64,000 nt of DNA, from contig OX597824.1 of the NCBI GenBank assembly GCA_951406725.2, positions 16,554,001-16,618,000 on the forward strand, given 5' to 3'. Below, piece by piece: positions 27,036 to 43,560 of the stretch. Position numbers and translations under genes: made by a program. This DNA comes from Octopus vulgaris (Eukaryota). The notes beneath the pieces were generated by a model. That model made no database searches, had not been told where the DNA came from, and saw nothing but the letters and a program-made list of their open reading frames with translations. How positions within the stretch are numbered: the stretch's first letter is position 1; every line of letters begins with the position of its first letter.

Positions 27036-28507
27036 GACCCACGCATGCGTGTTGGTGCTTTGCTTCAACACTTGAACAAGGAGGACATGAGCTAGTGCGC
27101 TTCGTCCTAAAATTGAAAATTAAGAAGTCCGTCGAGGTGGGTGATTTTGTTTGTTTTGAGCTGGGCGTGATTTATTGTTTTGGAATTTTTTTTCAGCAAA
27201 TTTCGCCCAGCTCTGGGACAATTTCGCCTGCTCTCGGCGGGTATTGTGATTTTTGCTTGTTGACATAATGTTGGGGGCGTATCCCCGCTCCAAAAGTTTG
27301 TTCCAGTCATTGAATATTTTTATGGCCTATTGTGGCGAAGATTCGTCTTCTGTGGATTTAAGATTCCAACTCGGAGTACCAGCCAAAGAAGAGGGCCATG
27401 AGTACCTGTGGCTGGAATTGTGTAGTTGCCATTTGGAACCATATTTTTATTTCTTTCGTGGTTTTCCTTCTGTTTTATGAACTGTTCTTTTTGTTTTCTT
27501 TGTCTTATTTTTTACTGTCTATTTTTTCGTTCGGATTTTTCTATTTTCTAGTGTATTTCAATTTTTGTGGACATTTGAACTTTCTTCCTCATGGCGATAA
27601 AGAATGGTGCCACTGCTTTGGAGTGGGAGATTGTCCCACCCAAGCAGTGTTTAATAGATATAGATGAGAGGGCAGTGGTGGTTAGAAGTTATTCTAAAGT
27701 TCTTGATACCATCACCGTCTTCCCAAAGCCAGTTATAGAAAATGAACTGAAAAACTATTTGTCCTCTGTGAAATACATATCCGGCGGTGTCAAGCATGCA
27801 ACCGTACGGTTGCTGTTTGACACCCTGGAGACGGCTCGCAATTTCGCGAGTCAGCCCTTGGAGGGAAACGAAATTCTGTTCCCCCCCCCCGTCGTACTGC
27901 GGGGGGAAATTAATAAGAGCCTGGGTATGTGGGTTACTCCCGGGCACCGAGGTGGTTGGATTGAAGATGCCATCCGACGGTAACTGAGAGATAGTGGGCC
28001 CAGGCTTTTAAATGTAAGGTTATTGCCGGCAGTCGATTGAAAGGGGTCAAAATCGCTTTTGACCATGTGGACCCCATCGGCTGCAACAGATATGGTTTTT
28101 CCAGATTTTTTCTAAATGGCTGGCTGCAGGTATCAGGTGATACTTGAGGGACGTACCCCAAATATCACTCGTGCCTGCAGCCAAGCCACATTAAAAAGAA
28201 CTGCCCCCAGGACCATGGTAAGGTCCAAAAAGGATTAAAAAGGAAGAAGGTGGGCAACAATGGTTGTCCGCCGAAGGACCCTAAGGCCTCAGGTGGTGGG
28301 GGAGAGACTCCGGACTAGCGGAAGAGCTCCACTCTCCCGGAGTCAGGAAGAAAAGAATGAAAAGAAGAAGAACGGGTCATTGCAGGTGGGAGATGATGTA
28401 CCGTCTGCATGTCCCGAAGTTGTGCCACCCACGGTGGAAGAAACGACCCCACCTTTAAAGATGATGAATTAATTATCTTTTTCTACAAGGGCGGGAAGGT
28501 AGAAAAA
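27036..28507 (+). mobile_element. 5' UTR and disrupted gag-like ORF1 of a probable Tx1-type retrotransposon
   Basis: ORF from 27591 with frameshifts; zinc knuckle (Y)HSCLQPSHIKKNC at ~28165-28204, then a basic, low-complexity tail. Confidence 0.6.
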
Positions 28508-29129
28508 ATGTGTGTGTTTGTGTGTCTGTGTTTGTCCCCCCAACATCACTTGACAACCGATGCTGGTGTGTTTACGTCCCCGTAACTTTTTGTATTGATA
28601 ATATTTGAGTTAGGCGGAAAGATTACGTGTCCATGAGCAGACATAAACACTCTGAAGGTCTTGGGAAAGAAAGAGGAATTTTCTAAACGAGAAACATGTC
28701 TCAAATGCTTGCCACGTTGGAGATATCAGGCAGTGATTTTAAATGGGGGCGATTTTCTTTTACATAGTTTTTTTTCCACTGAAGAAATTTCCAAACACTA
28801 AGACATGCTAACTATTAATTGATTAATTAATTAATTAATTAATTAATCAATTAATTGATTAATGAATTAATTTATTTATGATCGGCCATAATTTGTATTA
28901 CACATAATTTGCATTACACATAATTTGCATTACACTGCAAACGCAAACTTATTCTCAAGGATTAAATACGCTCTGCAGCTTCGAGTTGTTTCCCTTGAAT
29001 AGTTAAATAAGGAGTAGTCTCCCTTGAATTACAATCTTTAAAATTCAAGTTTTTACTTTGTATTCACAAAATTTTTAAAGCATTGACGGTGAAAATTTTT
29101 TTATTCGTCGCGTTATATATATATATATA

Positions 29130-29620
29130 TACGATAGGCTTCTTTCAGTTTCCGCCAACCAAATCCACTCCCAAAGTGCAACGCAGTGGGACTGAACCTG
29201 GAACCATGTGTTTGGGAGGCAAGTTCCGTACCACACAGCCACACGTCTCTATATATATATTCTTTTATTTGCTTCAGTCATTTGACAGCGGCCCTGCTGG
29301 AGCACCACTTTCAGTCGAGCAAATCGACTCCAGGAACATATTCTTTGTAAGCCTAGTACTTATTCTATCAGTTCTTTTGCCGAACGGCTAAGTTACGGGG
29401 ACGTAAACACACCAGTATCGGTTGGCAAGCGATACCGTGGGGTGTGGCGGACAAGCGCACGCACACACACACAAACACACACACACACGCACACATAAAT
29501 ATATATATACCACGGGCTTCTTTTAGTTTCCGTCTACCAAATCCAGTCACAAATCCCGAGGCTATAGTAGAAGACATTTGCCCAAGGTGCCACGCAGTAG
29601 GACTGAAGACGGAACCATGC
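29130..29620 (-). mobile_element. Two SINE A copies (one partial)
   Basis: Family A motifs. Confidence 0.8.
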
Positions 29621-29729
29621 GCCTATATACATATATATGTATGTATGTATATGTATATATAATAAATTCTAGTATATTCCATCTTCCGCCAGTCATTTGC
29701 CATACACACACACACACACACACACAAAC

Positions 29730-30176
29730 CCGTATACTTCCAGCAGAGACTGGATCACGTAGAATGCTTAAATTCTCGGATCACCACATACCAACAATAC
29801 TCCGCCCAGATATGGTGATCTCAAATTCCACCAAATATGTCACCATGTGGGAGCTGACTGCTTTCTGAGAAGAACACAAGAAGTGGCCTCATGAGAGGAA
29901 ACTAGCCAAATAGCAGAAATAGTGCAGAAATCTGGGCTACCAGAAGTGGGCCATCGAGCTTTTAAGGGGCTTCCAGATGTCGCAGTAAAGAGGAGGGCTA
30001 CAAATTTCATCACCGAAGCTGCAGAGAAGGGGACCAGAAGGCATTGGATGAAGAAGGAAAATCTGTGGTTGACTGCTATTGAGATGCAAGCAACGGCTTG
30101 AGAAACTCCGATTGTATCAACAGAGTGTGTGGGTCTAACATTGATAGACTAGAAACCTCCATGAGAGCCCAGAGAC

Positions 30177-30181
<5 letters not shown>
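29730..30181 (+). pseudogene. HERO-like RLE non-LTR retrotransposon 3' fragment
   Basis: PTILRPDMVI..TKYVTMWELTAF*EE...HERKLAK; ITEAAEK...WMK. Confidence 0.7.
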
Positions 30182-30242
<61 letters not shown>

Positions 30243-30355
30243 TCACGTAGAGACTAGGGTATGCACATAAACGTGAAACCCGGTGGAAAAAATTGTACTC
30301 GTATACAGGAAGTAGAGTAAGATACTTTATTAAAGCTGCAAAACATCACAAAAAT

Positions 30356-30393
30356 CTGTTACTCAGATTTTCACATTCCCGTTCGCCGGACAG
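30356..30393 (-). ncRNA. Minimal hammerhead-like motif, degenerate
   Basis: CTGT-CCGGCGA-ACG GGAA TGT-GAAA-ATCTGA-GTA-ACAG; enclosed by inverted TATTAAAGCTGCAAAA/TTTTGCAGCTTTAATA. Confidence 0.5.
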
Positions 30394-30475
30394 TTTAAGT
30401 GATCTTTTTGCAGCTTTAATACATACATACATACATACATACACACATACAAACACACACATATAAATGTATGTT

Positions 30476-30591
<116 letters not shown>

Positions 30592-30654
30592 TATTAAATG
30601 CCAAAATGAATTTCAGTGTGTCAGTGTATCACACTTTGGTCCCCTCTCTCACTC

Positions 30655-31310
30655 GTCGAGTTCCAGATTATATTTGTAATTTCGGCTGGTTGAACTAGAG
30701 ATTGCTCCAATCTGGCCATCCCCAAGGAAAAACTAATTTATTAGCACGAGATTCCTTGGAAGAAGCAGCGAATGTATACGAAAATAAGGACGGAAATAAA
30801 CAGAGAAATGGTACACAAATACAAATGCAAATGGCAGGATATAACAACAGGTGTCTTTTGGCTAAGGACGAATTAAATTAAGCTGGCGTGTGTGGAAGTG
30901 AAGCTTTACAGCAGGAACATAAGAGATGAGAGATATAGAGAGGAATATAGTTGTTGCACGGATGGTAGTCGAACCAAGAAAGAAAGGTCAGACATGGCCG
31001 AACATCGGTCACTGGGGAGAGAGGAGAGAGGTAGAGGCAGAGGATTACCATTTCTCCGTTTCATTTCCGTCCTTGTTTTCGTAATATATTCGGTGCTTTC
31101 TTCCAGGGAATCTAGTGCTCTTAGCTTAGTTTTTTTCCTTGGGGCTGGCCAAATTGGAGCTATCTCGAATAAAATCAGCCGAAATTGCAAAGATAATCTG
31201 GAACTCGACTGAGGAAAGAAAACTCCGAATGACTCGTCCTTGTTTTTACTTGTTCCTTTTTTTGTATCATCTGTCTGGATGTTTTGCGTTCTTATCCCAT
31301 TTTTTGTATT
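30655..31310. mobile_element. Inverted pair of family Q repeats
   Basis: 30655-30812 pairs with 31047-31210. Confidence 0.75.
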
Positions 31311-31401
31311 CCTCTCTCTTTATATATATACACTCTCTATATATATGTATATATGTATATATATGTATATATATGTATATATATATATATATGTGTATAT
31401 A

Positions 31402-31459
<58 letters not shown>

Positions 31460-31496
31460 CATATATATATTTACATATATATTTACATATTTACAT

Positions 31497-31570
31497 AATG
31501 GCGGTGCCCCAGCATGGCCACAGCTCATAAGCTGAAACTAGAATCAATCAAAAACTAGAATCAATCAATA
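31497..31570 (+). mobile_element. Extreme 3' tail of a CR1-type LINE or SINE
   Basis: GGCGGTGCCCCAGCATGGCCACAGCTCATAAGCTGAAAC plus tandem tail repeat. Confidence 0.65.
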
Positions 31571-31803
31571 TATATGCATAGAATAGTCATGGAATGGAGT
31601 AGGTAAGAAAGAGACGCCAAATACGTCCAACTCCTATAAGTTTCACTTCAATACACACGGACCGACAGAAGGAAAAGTGGACCAACCAAAAGTTCATAAA
31701 ATAATTCATATAGTTCTAGATTGATCAATTTCTGGATTAGTTTAATAATTCTTCCTTTTTCAGTAGAACATACTGGGCGAAATAAATGAAAATATTTATA
31801 CAT

Positions 31804-31975
31804 AGGCGCAGGAGTGGCTGTGTGGTAAGTAGCTTGCTAACCAACCACATGGTTCCGGGTTCAGTCCCACTGCGTGGCATCTTGGACAAGTGTTTTCTGC
31901 TATAGCCCCGGGCCGACCAATGCCTTGTGAGTGGATTTGGTAGACGGAAACTGAAAGAAGCCTGTCGTATATATG

Positions 31976-32007
<32 letters not shown>

Positions 32008-32225
32008 GGTGTGTGTTTGTTTGTGTTTGTCCCCCTAGCATTGCTTGACAACCGATGCTGGTGTGTTTACGTTCCCGTCACTTAGCGGTTCGGCAAAAGA
32101 GACCGATAGAATAAGTACTGGGCTTACAAAGAATAAGTCCCGGAGTCGATTTGATCGACTAAAGGCGGTGCTCCAGCATGGCCGCAGTCAAATGACTGAA
32201 ACAAGTAAAAGAGTAAAAGAGAGTA
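31804..32225 (+). mobile_element. SINE A, full length
   Basis: Complete head, microsatellite and tail. Confidence 0.92.
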
Positions 32226-32532
32226 AATACTCACAGAAAGGCACACGCAAAAAAAAAAAAAAAAATGAGTAGTACAAATATTTACAAATATATACGCATA
32301 GAATTTCGTAGTACACCTTAACACGTGTGTATTTGACCAAAATAGTATAGAAATAAATAAACTGTCCCGAAGTGAATGAAATACAGCTGAAGGTAGTTAA
32401 AAGATAAAATCCTTAAAACTAGTGAATTTTATCAGTGGCCAGCATATAAAAATTAACCACTTAGGTAAAATTCACATATAGAGATATATAATTATATAGA
32501 ATGCAATTATAATTAAGGGCATATATAATTAA

Positions 32533-32755
32533 CCCTTTCGTCACCGTATTTATTTTGAGATGCTCTGTGTTTCTTTCCATTAAATTTAAATATAACAAAA
32601 GAATTTTGCAAAATAACTTAATTACCATTAAGCTAGTGTTAGGAATATAAATTGTGACTAAGGTTTGGTGGAATATTTTAATTCAACACTAAAGAAAACA
32701 AGGCATTTGTACTACAGAGCCAGAGGCGGTTTCGGCCGGGTTGGTAACGAAAGGG
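32533..32755. mobile_element. piggyBac-type MITE
   Basis: TTAA on both flanks; TIR CCCTTTCGT(C/T)ACC. Confidence 0.88.
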
Positions 32756-32784
32756 TTAAAGTACATATGTGTCTGTATGTCTTG

Positions 32785-32818
<34 letters not shown>

Positions 32819-32843
32819 TTCTGTCTGTATGTATATATGTATG

Positions 32844-32926
<83 letters not shown>

Positions 32927-32927
32927 G

Positions 32928-32958
<31 letters not shown>

Positions 32959-33428
32959 GGGTGTGTGTGTGTGTGTGTGTGTAAAGTTATGTAATCGTAA
33001 CATCCAAGGATCTACGTGTTGGAATTTAGTAAGCTTCGAGCAGTTCGTGGTAGGTATAGAAAGCAACTTTCAGAAACAATAATAGTTTATTGGCGTAGAA
33101 TGTTGTAGGCTTTTCCTATATCGAAGTTCGATATGCTGAAAAACGTTTTCCTACTTTTTTTTATCTTTCACGGTTAGTGACTACGTTTGCTGTGAATGCG
33201 AAATATAATCGAAATTGAGGGAATGGAGCAGGTAAGATCCAGACTACATATGCGTCCTGGTTTAGAGTTCCTCGGAAATAGTAATTACTCAATGAAGGGT
33301 ACTCCACTAAGTACTTATAAGGCCGAAGATACCTTAGTTAAAAGAAAGTTACATTGTCTATATATATATATATACTCATATATATTCTCGTTTGTATGAT
33401 TGTGTATAGATGTAATCCCAAGTCAGAC

Positions 33429-33570
33429 TGTTATAACGTCCACTCTGGTATAGCAGTATAGTTAGTTAGATAAGTAAAACACGACTATCTATGACCGACT
33501 ACCCCGACTGCTCAACGTCATAGTATTTGTAACGACCTCACATCCCATTCGTCACGTGGGAGGGGTGTTC

Positions 33571-33645
<75 letters not shown>

Positions 33646-34960
33646 CATTATCCACATAACATCTCCCCTTTTATTTCTTTTCTTACTTAGGGAGTGTAAT
33701 TTTATTTCTTTTAACAATAATTTTTGCATCACTCCACTTCCATTTGAATTTTTTTGATACAGTTACAAATTTGATATTTTCTCGTTTGGTATCCACTTCT
33801 AGCATCACCGTACATTTTATTTTGCTAACGCTTGTGCGTCTGGGTTCAATTATTTGTAGTGGCATTGGTACTTGAAAAGTATCATAGAACCATTCCATTG
33901 ATTCTCCCAGTCCCTTGGATTCGCTCTCAATGAATATTTGTTTAGTTGATTTATGCGTCTCTTGTATAGCCCTTTTCTTCCTTTTGCCACGTATAGCACT
34001 TTTTCCATGCGTTTGGCAATCACGCCACCTTCCCAACTTTGCTTTCTGTTCTTATTTCTCAAAGCAAATACATTTTCACCAATTTTGAAATATCTTGCTG
34101 TATCAGCCATTGTAACTTTTCTTTTCTTGCTAGGTAGCAATTTGTTGCTGGTTACATAATTGCTGGTGTGCTCGAGTTTGGTGTCGTGCGCTATACTCTT
34201 AAGGATTGTTGTAGAGCTAGCTCATCCGTGTCTTCCTTATACGACTTTCTTAGGGCTCACTTGAACGTATTGACAAAACGTTTTGCCTGTCCGTTAGATC
34301 TGGAATGGCATGGCGCCGTAGTTATATGTTCCACAGCGAACGTTTTACAAAGCTTTCTAATTTCAAAAGATACGAATTGCGTTACATTGTCAGTCACTAT
34401 CCTGTATGGGGCGCCAAATCTCACAAACAGCACATGTAGAAAATTTATCGTAGTTGAGGAGGTTGACTTTTTACACTTACAAATTTCTGGCCATTAAGAG
34501 AAACTATCTACTACCACTAAGCAATATGAACCGTTTAAGGGACAGCAAAATCAATGTGTAATGTCGACAAGGGAACATCTACTTTTGACCAAAGTTCACT
34601 TCTTATCGTCGGTAATTTGGCTGCTAGGGAATATCCTCTAAAACCTTTCACTAAATCTTCGATTTCTCAATACATTTTTGGCCAGTAAACGTAGCTACGC
34701 ATTAAAGCTTTCATCCTCGAAATACCAGGATGTCCAGCATGGAATTCTCTCAACATTTTCTTTGGCAGTGTTTCAGGTATTACTACTCTCTTTGCATACA
34801 TCAGTACACCATCACAAATTGTGTATAGGTTCACATCTTGGTTTCATTTTGTACCAATCCTGTTCCTGTTTATTTTTCGTCTCCACAATCTTCATTTTTT
34901 TTTCATTTCTGTTATGAATTAGTCCTTTTCTGCATTTCGATTTATGTCTTCTAGGGCCAC
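33429..34960 (-). mobile_element. Gypsy LTR retrotransposon remnant: degraded integrase, PPT and 3' LTR (33429-33661)
   Basis: HAGHPGISRMKALMRSYVYWP; HIDFA.P..LVVVDSFS*WPE; IVTDN; SNGQAKRFV; PPT AAAAGGGGAGA followed by TGTTAT...ATAACA. Confidence 0.85.
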
Positions 34961-35429
34961 CGGTTATTAGAGAACCACATTCCACATTACATTTTTTAAA
35001 TATCTTCGAATGACTCGCAGCGTTTTGGTATGAGTTTATCTTGTAATCATAATTCAATAATGTAGTACCCTATCGCTGTAGTCTATTCGCTGTGTGGGTT
35101 GGTATTCTTTTTTTTTATAACCGTGTAGTTACAGTAGTGAGCGATGATCCAATCGAACCTACTTTAGCTCATACAGCGACGATGGCAGCTGGAAGCGGCT
35201 CCTCACTTGCCGCTCCAAGATGCACAAGAAATGTTCAATTATATCGAGATCCGGTTAATGCGGGAGCCAAACCGATCAGTCTACTTCATTCCGACTCTTT
35301 GTAGAAATTTCGAATAACCTTCACTGTGGGATTCAGCGCATTATCATCTAATGAACAATTTATGTAAAGTAGGATGGGCATGATCAGCAGAAATACTCAG
35401 ATCATCCTTGGTATTAATTCTGCCATGTT

Positions 35430-36238
35430 GAGCAAATCAAGGACCAATTCTGTGGCTGCCTAAATCACCACAAAGTCACCCCTACGCTTCATGGTAGGGA
35501 ACAAAAGCTAGCACTATAAGTTTCAGGCTGTCTCGAGATATGAATTTACCTTGAAGAAGGAAGAGGGGGTGAATAACAATTTAACGCTGATGACAATGTT
35601 TCATTGAGCCACTGACCGCTTCTGATAGTCTAGACGCCATTTTCCCTGCTTATCAATGGTGTTGGCGGACAGGAGACGTTTAGCAACTTCAGCCCTCCCA
35701 TGGAATCCAGCTTTATGGAGCTTACGATGAACAGGTTTTGTTGACACTGGATTGGTAAGGAGCTGGTTCAGCTCTGGCGTCACATCTGCAGCCGTTACTT
35801 TTGCTTCCATGGTGTGTCGACACAAGAAGGCATTTCGCTGTTTTCCAGCCCTTTTCCCTAAAATTTGCCTTCCGTCAAGAATTATGCTTGCTAGAAATGG
35901 TCTCACTTTGATTTCAAAGCCAATATGATTCTAGAGACCCGGCCTCTCGCATCATTAAACAATTCAGCGGTTTTAGAGACCGAGTCTTCGGCCACATTCC
36001 AGTAAATTAACTTTTTAAGATATCAGACAGGTCATGCATTTTAACTTATCTAAATATAAAATCTACAAAAGAACGAAAAAAAGGAGAAACACACAGCGAT
36101 ATCATGAATTACAAGGCATATATAACGCATGTGATTATATATATATAAAAACCGAAGCAGTTTTGAATTTGTGATATTGCCATCAGAAGAAAAGAGCGAA
36201 ATAAAAAGTGATATTTCTATTATTTTCACCAACCCCTG
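35430..36238 (-). mobile_element. Tc1-like transposon remnant (5' TIR and transposase fragment)
   Basis: TA-CAGGGGTTGGTGAAAATA terminus; ELNQ..PVSTKPVHRKLHKAGFHGR..KRLLS. Confidence 0.75.
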
Positions 36239-36250
36239 TAAATACATCTT

Positions 36251-36319
<69 letters not shown>

Positions 36320-36348
36320 TAGTCTGTCTGTCTGTCTATCTATCTATC

Positions 36349-36392
<44 letters not shown>

Positions 36393-36869
36393 CATACACA
36401 CATACATACGTATACACACATATATATACACATATATATATATGTGTCTGTCTGTCTGTCTATGTATGTATGAATATATGTATTTATATCTTTGTCTCTC
36501 TATTTCACTGTGTCAACAGTTCCTTGTGACACACGGTTACAACCACACACGCGCACACACACTCGTATACATACACATATAAACACAAACAAACACACAC
36601 ACACATACACGTACACCTACACTTACACACGCACCCAAACACACCCACTCACATTCTCTCTCTGTTTCTTTCTCTCTGTCTATCTAATGGACTATCTGTA
36701 CAACTGACTGTTTACTTACTTGCACGAAGAAAAAAAAAGGAAAGAGAAAAATGAAAAAGTTACACAGACACGGCTACCTTTAATAGAAAAATACACCTTT
36801 ATGTACATAGACTATATATATATATATGTGTGTGTGTGTGTATGTGTGTGTAGGTACACATATATGTAT

Positions 36870-36934
<65 letters not shown>

Positions 36935-37689
36935 AATATATATGTATACGCACGCACATATATGTATGTACACACACATAGACATATACATATATATACA
37001 TATACATACATATGAGTGAGTGTTTGTGTGTGTATCTATACATATATGTATATATATATGTATATATAAATGCGTATATATAAACATATGGCTACATAAG
37101 TACATATACATATGCTTTTTTATGTATATATGCATATCTATCTATATATATACACACACCTACCTACCTACACACACATATATATATATATATATATACA
37201 TGCATATATACTTATATATGCGTATATGTTACACATACATACACGCGTATATGATTTTGTGTGTAAGTGTCTCTCTATTCTTACGTTTTTTTTTCCACAC
37301 TTGATACAACCGCGGAGTAGGACTGAGATCAGCTTCCTGTTGGTAAAAACTGGCTTCTCTATTGATCATTAGGTTAGGAAACTAATATAACTACCTCCCC
37401 TCTCTCTGTCTCTGTGTCTCTGTGTCTCTCTGTCTCTCTTTCTAATACACGCTCCATCATACAGAGACACACACTCGAAATAAAATGTTAAATTAAAACC
37501 AAGCAAGAGTAATGAAAGAAAAAAAAAAAAAATGAAATGCAACACAGTGAAAAGTAAATTTTATAAAAACACCCAAATAATAATAATTGTAATGAGAGAA
37601 AGTCACTACGCAAACTATAGTAAATAACGATAAAGCAAGCAAACAAACAAAACAAAACAAAACAAAGAAAATAACATCTGCATCATTAT

Positions 37690-37729
37690 CAACAACAACA
37701 ACAACAACAATAACAACAACAGCGGCAGC

Positions 37730-37777
<48 letters not shown>

Positions 37778-37888
37778 AACAACAATAGCGGCAGCAGCAG
37801 CAACAACAACAACAACACCAATAACAACAATAGCGGCAGCAGCAGCAGCAGCAACAACAACAACAACAACAACAACAATAGCGGCAGC

Positions 37889-37942
<54 letters not shown>

Positions 37943-38029
37943 AGCGGCAGCAGCAACACCAATAACAACAATAGCGGCAGCAGCAGCAGCAACAACAACA
38001 ACAACAACAACAACAATAGCGGCAGCAGC

Positions 38030-38065
<36 letters not shown>

Positions 38066-38073
38066 AGCGGCAG

Positions 38074-38104
<31 letters not shown>

Positions 38105-38250
38105 AACAACAATAACAACAATAGCGGCAGCAGCAGCAGCAGCAACAACAACAACAACAATAACAACAATAGCGGCAGCAACACCAACAACAACCACAAC
38201 AACAATAACAACAATAACAATAACAGCGGCAGCAACAACAACAACAGCAG
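37690..38250. repeat. (CAA)n minisatellite punctuated by TAGCGGCAGCA
   Basis: Directly visible. Confidence 0.95.
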
Positions 38251-38486
38251 CAAGAGCAAGTGTATGATGATTACCATTTTGAAATTTCAAGGGAATAAAA
38301 TTAATAAACAATCAGAAAAAAGAAAGAAGTTTTTATTGAAAAAAAATGTAGCAAGAACAGGAACGAACGACAACTTCTACGATGACAACGAAAACAGCGA
38401 CCGACGACGACACAACGATTTGAGAGAATAAGAGCGACGAGTGATGAGATAATAATAATGGTGGCAACGACAGCAAAGACGAAGAC

Positions 38487-38518
<32 letters not shown>

Positions 38519-38644
38519 TAGCCCTGAAAACTGCAACAACGACGAAAAGGATAAAAATGGCGACGATAAAGACAAAAGACAATTACGACAACGGAAATGA
38601 CGTCAGCAAACAAGAAAGAACAAACAACAAGGAAATAATTTTGA

Positions 38645-38869
38645 TACTCTTTTTACTCTTTTACTTGTTTCAGTCATATGACTGGGGCCATGCTGGAGCA
38701 CCGCCTTTAATCGAGCGAATCGACCCCCAGGACTTGTTCTTTTGTAAACCCAGTACTTATTCTTTCGGTCTCTTTTTGCCGAACCGCTAAGTGACGGGGA
38801 CGTAAACACAAACAACATCGGTTGTCAAGCAATGCCAGGGGGACAAACACAGACACACAAACATATACG

Positions 38870-38903
<34 letters not shown>

Positions 38904-39068
38904 CGACGGGCTTCTGTCAGTTTCCGTCTACCAAATCCACTCACAAGGCATTGGTCGGCCCGAGGCTATAGCAGAAGACACTTGCCCAAGATGCCACGCA
39001 GTGGGACTGAACCCGGAACCATGTGGTTCGTAAGCAAGCTACTTACCACACAGCCACTCCTACGCCTA
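38645..39068 (-). mobile_element. SINE A, full length
   Basis: Family A consensus. Confidence 0.92.
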
Positions 39069-39579
39069 TGATGATGATATTTATAATGATGATGATAATA
39101 ACCTTTTTAAATTTTGGCACAAGGCTTGAAATTTTGCGGGCAGAGGACTAGTCGATTATATCGACCTTGGAAATGCTGCAGTTGATATTGATATTTTTGG
39201 GGTCAGTACTCCATTATAGTTGCCCACCCCTGTTCAAAAGGTCCCTGAATAAAGGTTGTTTAGGAATGATGAACGAAACACCAGTTTCCAAAGGTAAATT
39301 ATTCAAACCCTAAAGAAAAAGAATCCCTCTCAACACAAGGCTATGATGCTCTCCGACACCACTTCTGCTTGTGAGTGATCAGAGATGTACGTATCGTCAC
39401 CCATTAAGGGACATGCTCAACTGGTTAAGGCCAAACAACTGACAAGAAAATCTGTGGTACTTAATTTATCGACCCCGAAATGACGAGAGGCAAAATGGAA
39501 CGTAAAGAAGGACGAAATACCACTTAGCGTTTTTTTCAGTGTGCTAACGAATCGGTCAGCTAAACCGCCTTTGGTATAA

Positions 39580-42040
<2,461 letters not shown>

Positions 42041-42256
42041 GAGGCTACCAGTTTTGATGGGAAGGTGCAAGTCGATTACATCATCCCTCAGAGATTTATT
42101 TAAACTTATTCTATCGAACCCAGTATCACGAAACGCAAATTTGATCATGGCGAGATTCGAACGCAGAATATAAAGAACCGGAAGCAAAAATGGCGCTAAT
42201 AATTCTTTCCGAGACGTTCTAGCTATTCCGTTGATCCATTCACCATGGTGATGATG

Positions 42257-42288
<32 letters not shown>

Positions 42289-42434
42289 GATGGTGACGAA
42301 GATGATGATGATGATAATGATGATGATTTGATGATTTTCACATCCCCTCTATACCTATGCTGATATACATTCAACATGGACGTCTGAAAGAAATTTGTCA
42401 AATATGTACTAAGACTTCTTTTCGGTAGGATTGA

Positions 42435-42542
<108 letters not shown>

Positions 42543-42561
42543 TGATAATAATAATAATAAC

Positions 42562-42602
<41 letters not shown>

Positions 42603-42655
42603 CAATAATAATAATAACAACAATAATAATAATGATGATAATGATAATAATAATA

Positions 42656-42708
<53 letters not shown>

Positions 42709-42729
42709 AAAAATAACTACATCAACGAC

Positions 42730-42767
<38 letters not shown>

Positions 42768-42968
42768 ATAATAATAATAATAATAATAATAATGATAATA
42801 ATAATAATAATAATAAACATAGTAATAATAAAAACAACACCAATAATTAAAGTCATGATGCCTAGATCGGGATGGTGATGATGGTGAGGAGTTATAAAAT
42901 TTAATCCTTAGTGGTTTCAACTTCAAAAGTATCGATTAAATATTTGTATGGTCATTAACATATATGTG

Positions 42969-43025
<57 letters not shown>

Positions 43026-43100
43026 GTTCGCGTACCTATGTATAAATATATATATAAATATAGGTATATGTGGACATGTATATGTGTGTGTATATGTGTG

Positions 43101-43135
<35 letters not shown>

Positions 43136-43233
43136 ATTCATACACACACAAACACACGTTTATATATGTGGTATATAAATACATTTTATATACCCATTCA
43201 CAAACACAAACATACGCATGGAACAAGCCATTC

Positions 43234-43274
<41 letters not shown>

Positions 43275-43317
43275 AACACACATATGTATATATGTATACA
43301 TATATATTTATATATGT

Positions 43318-43408
<91 letters not shown>

Positions 43409-43417
43409 TATATGCAC

Positions 43418-43448
<31 letters not shown>

Positions 43449-43515
43449 CATATATATACATATATAAATAATATATATATATATATATATATATGTCGGT
43501 ATGCATATAATGGCA

Positions 43516-43560
<45 letters not shown>

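Noticed and set aside
31200-31240. Hammerhead in family Q (CTGAGGA...GAAT)
   Set aside because: No helix II pairing and no GAAA
37493-38311. Poly-Q/V/L ORFs
   Set aside because: Minisatellite; the poly-Q frame is broken by TAG/TAA
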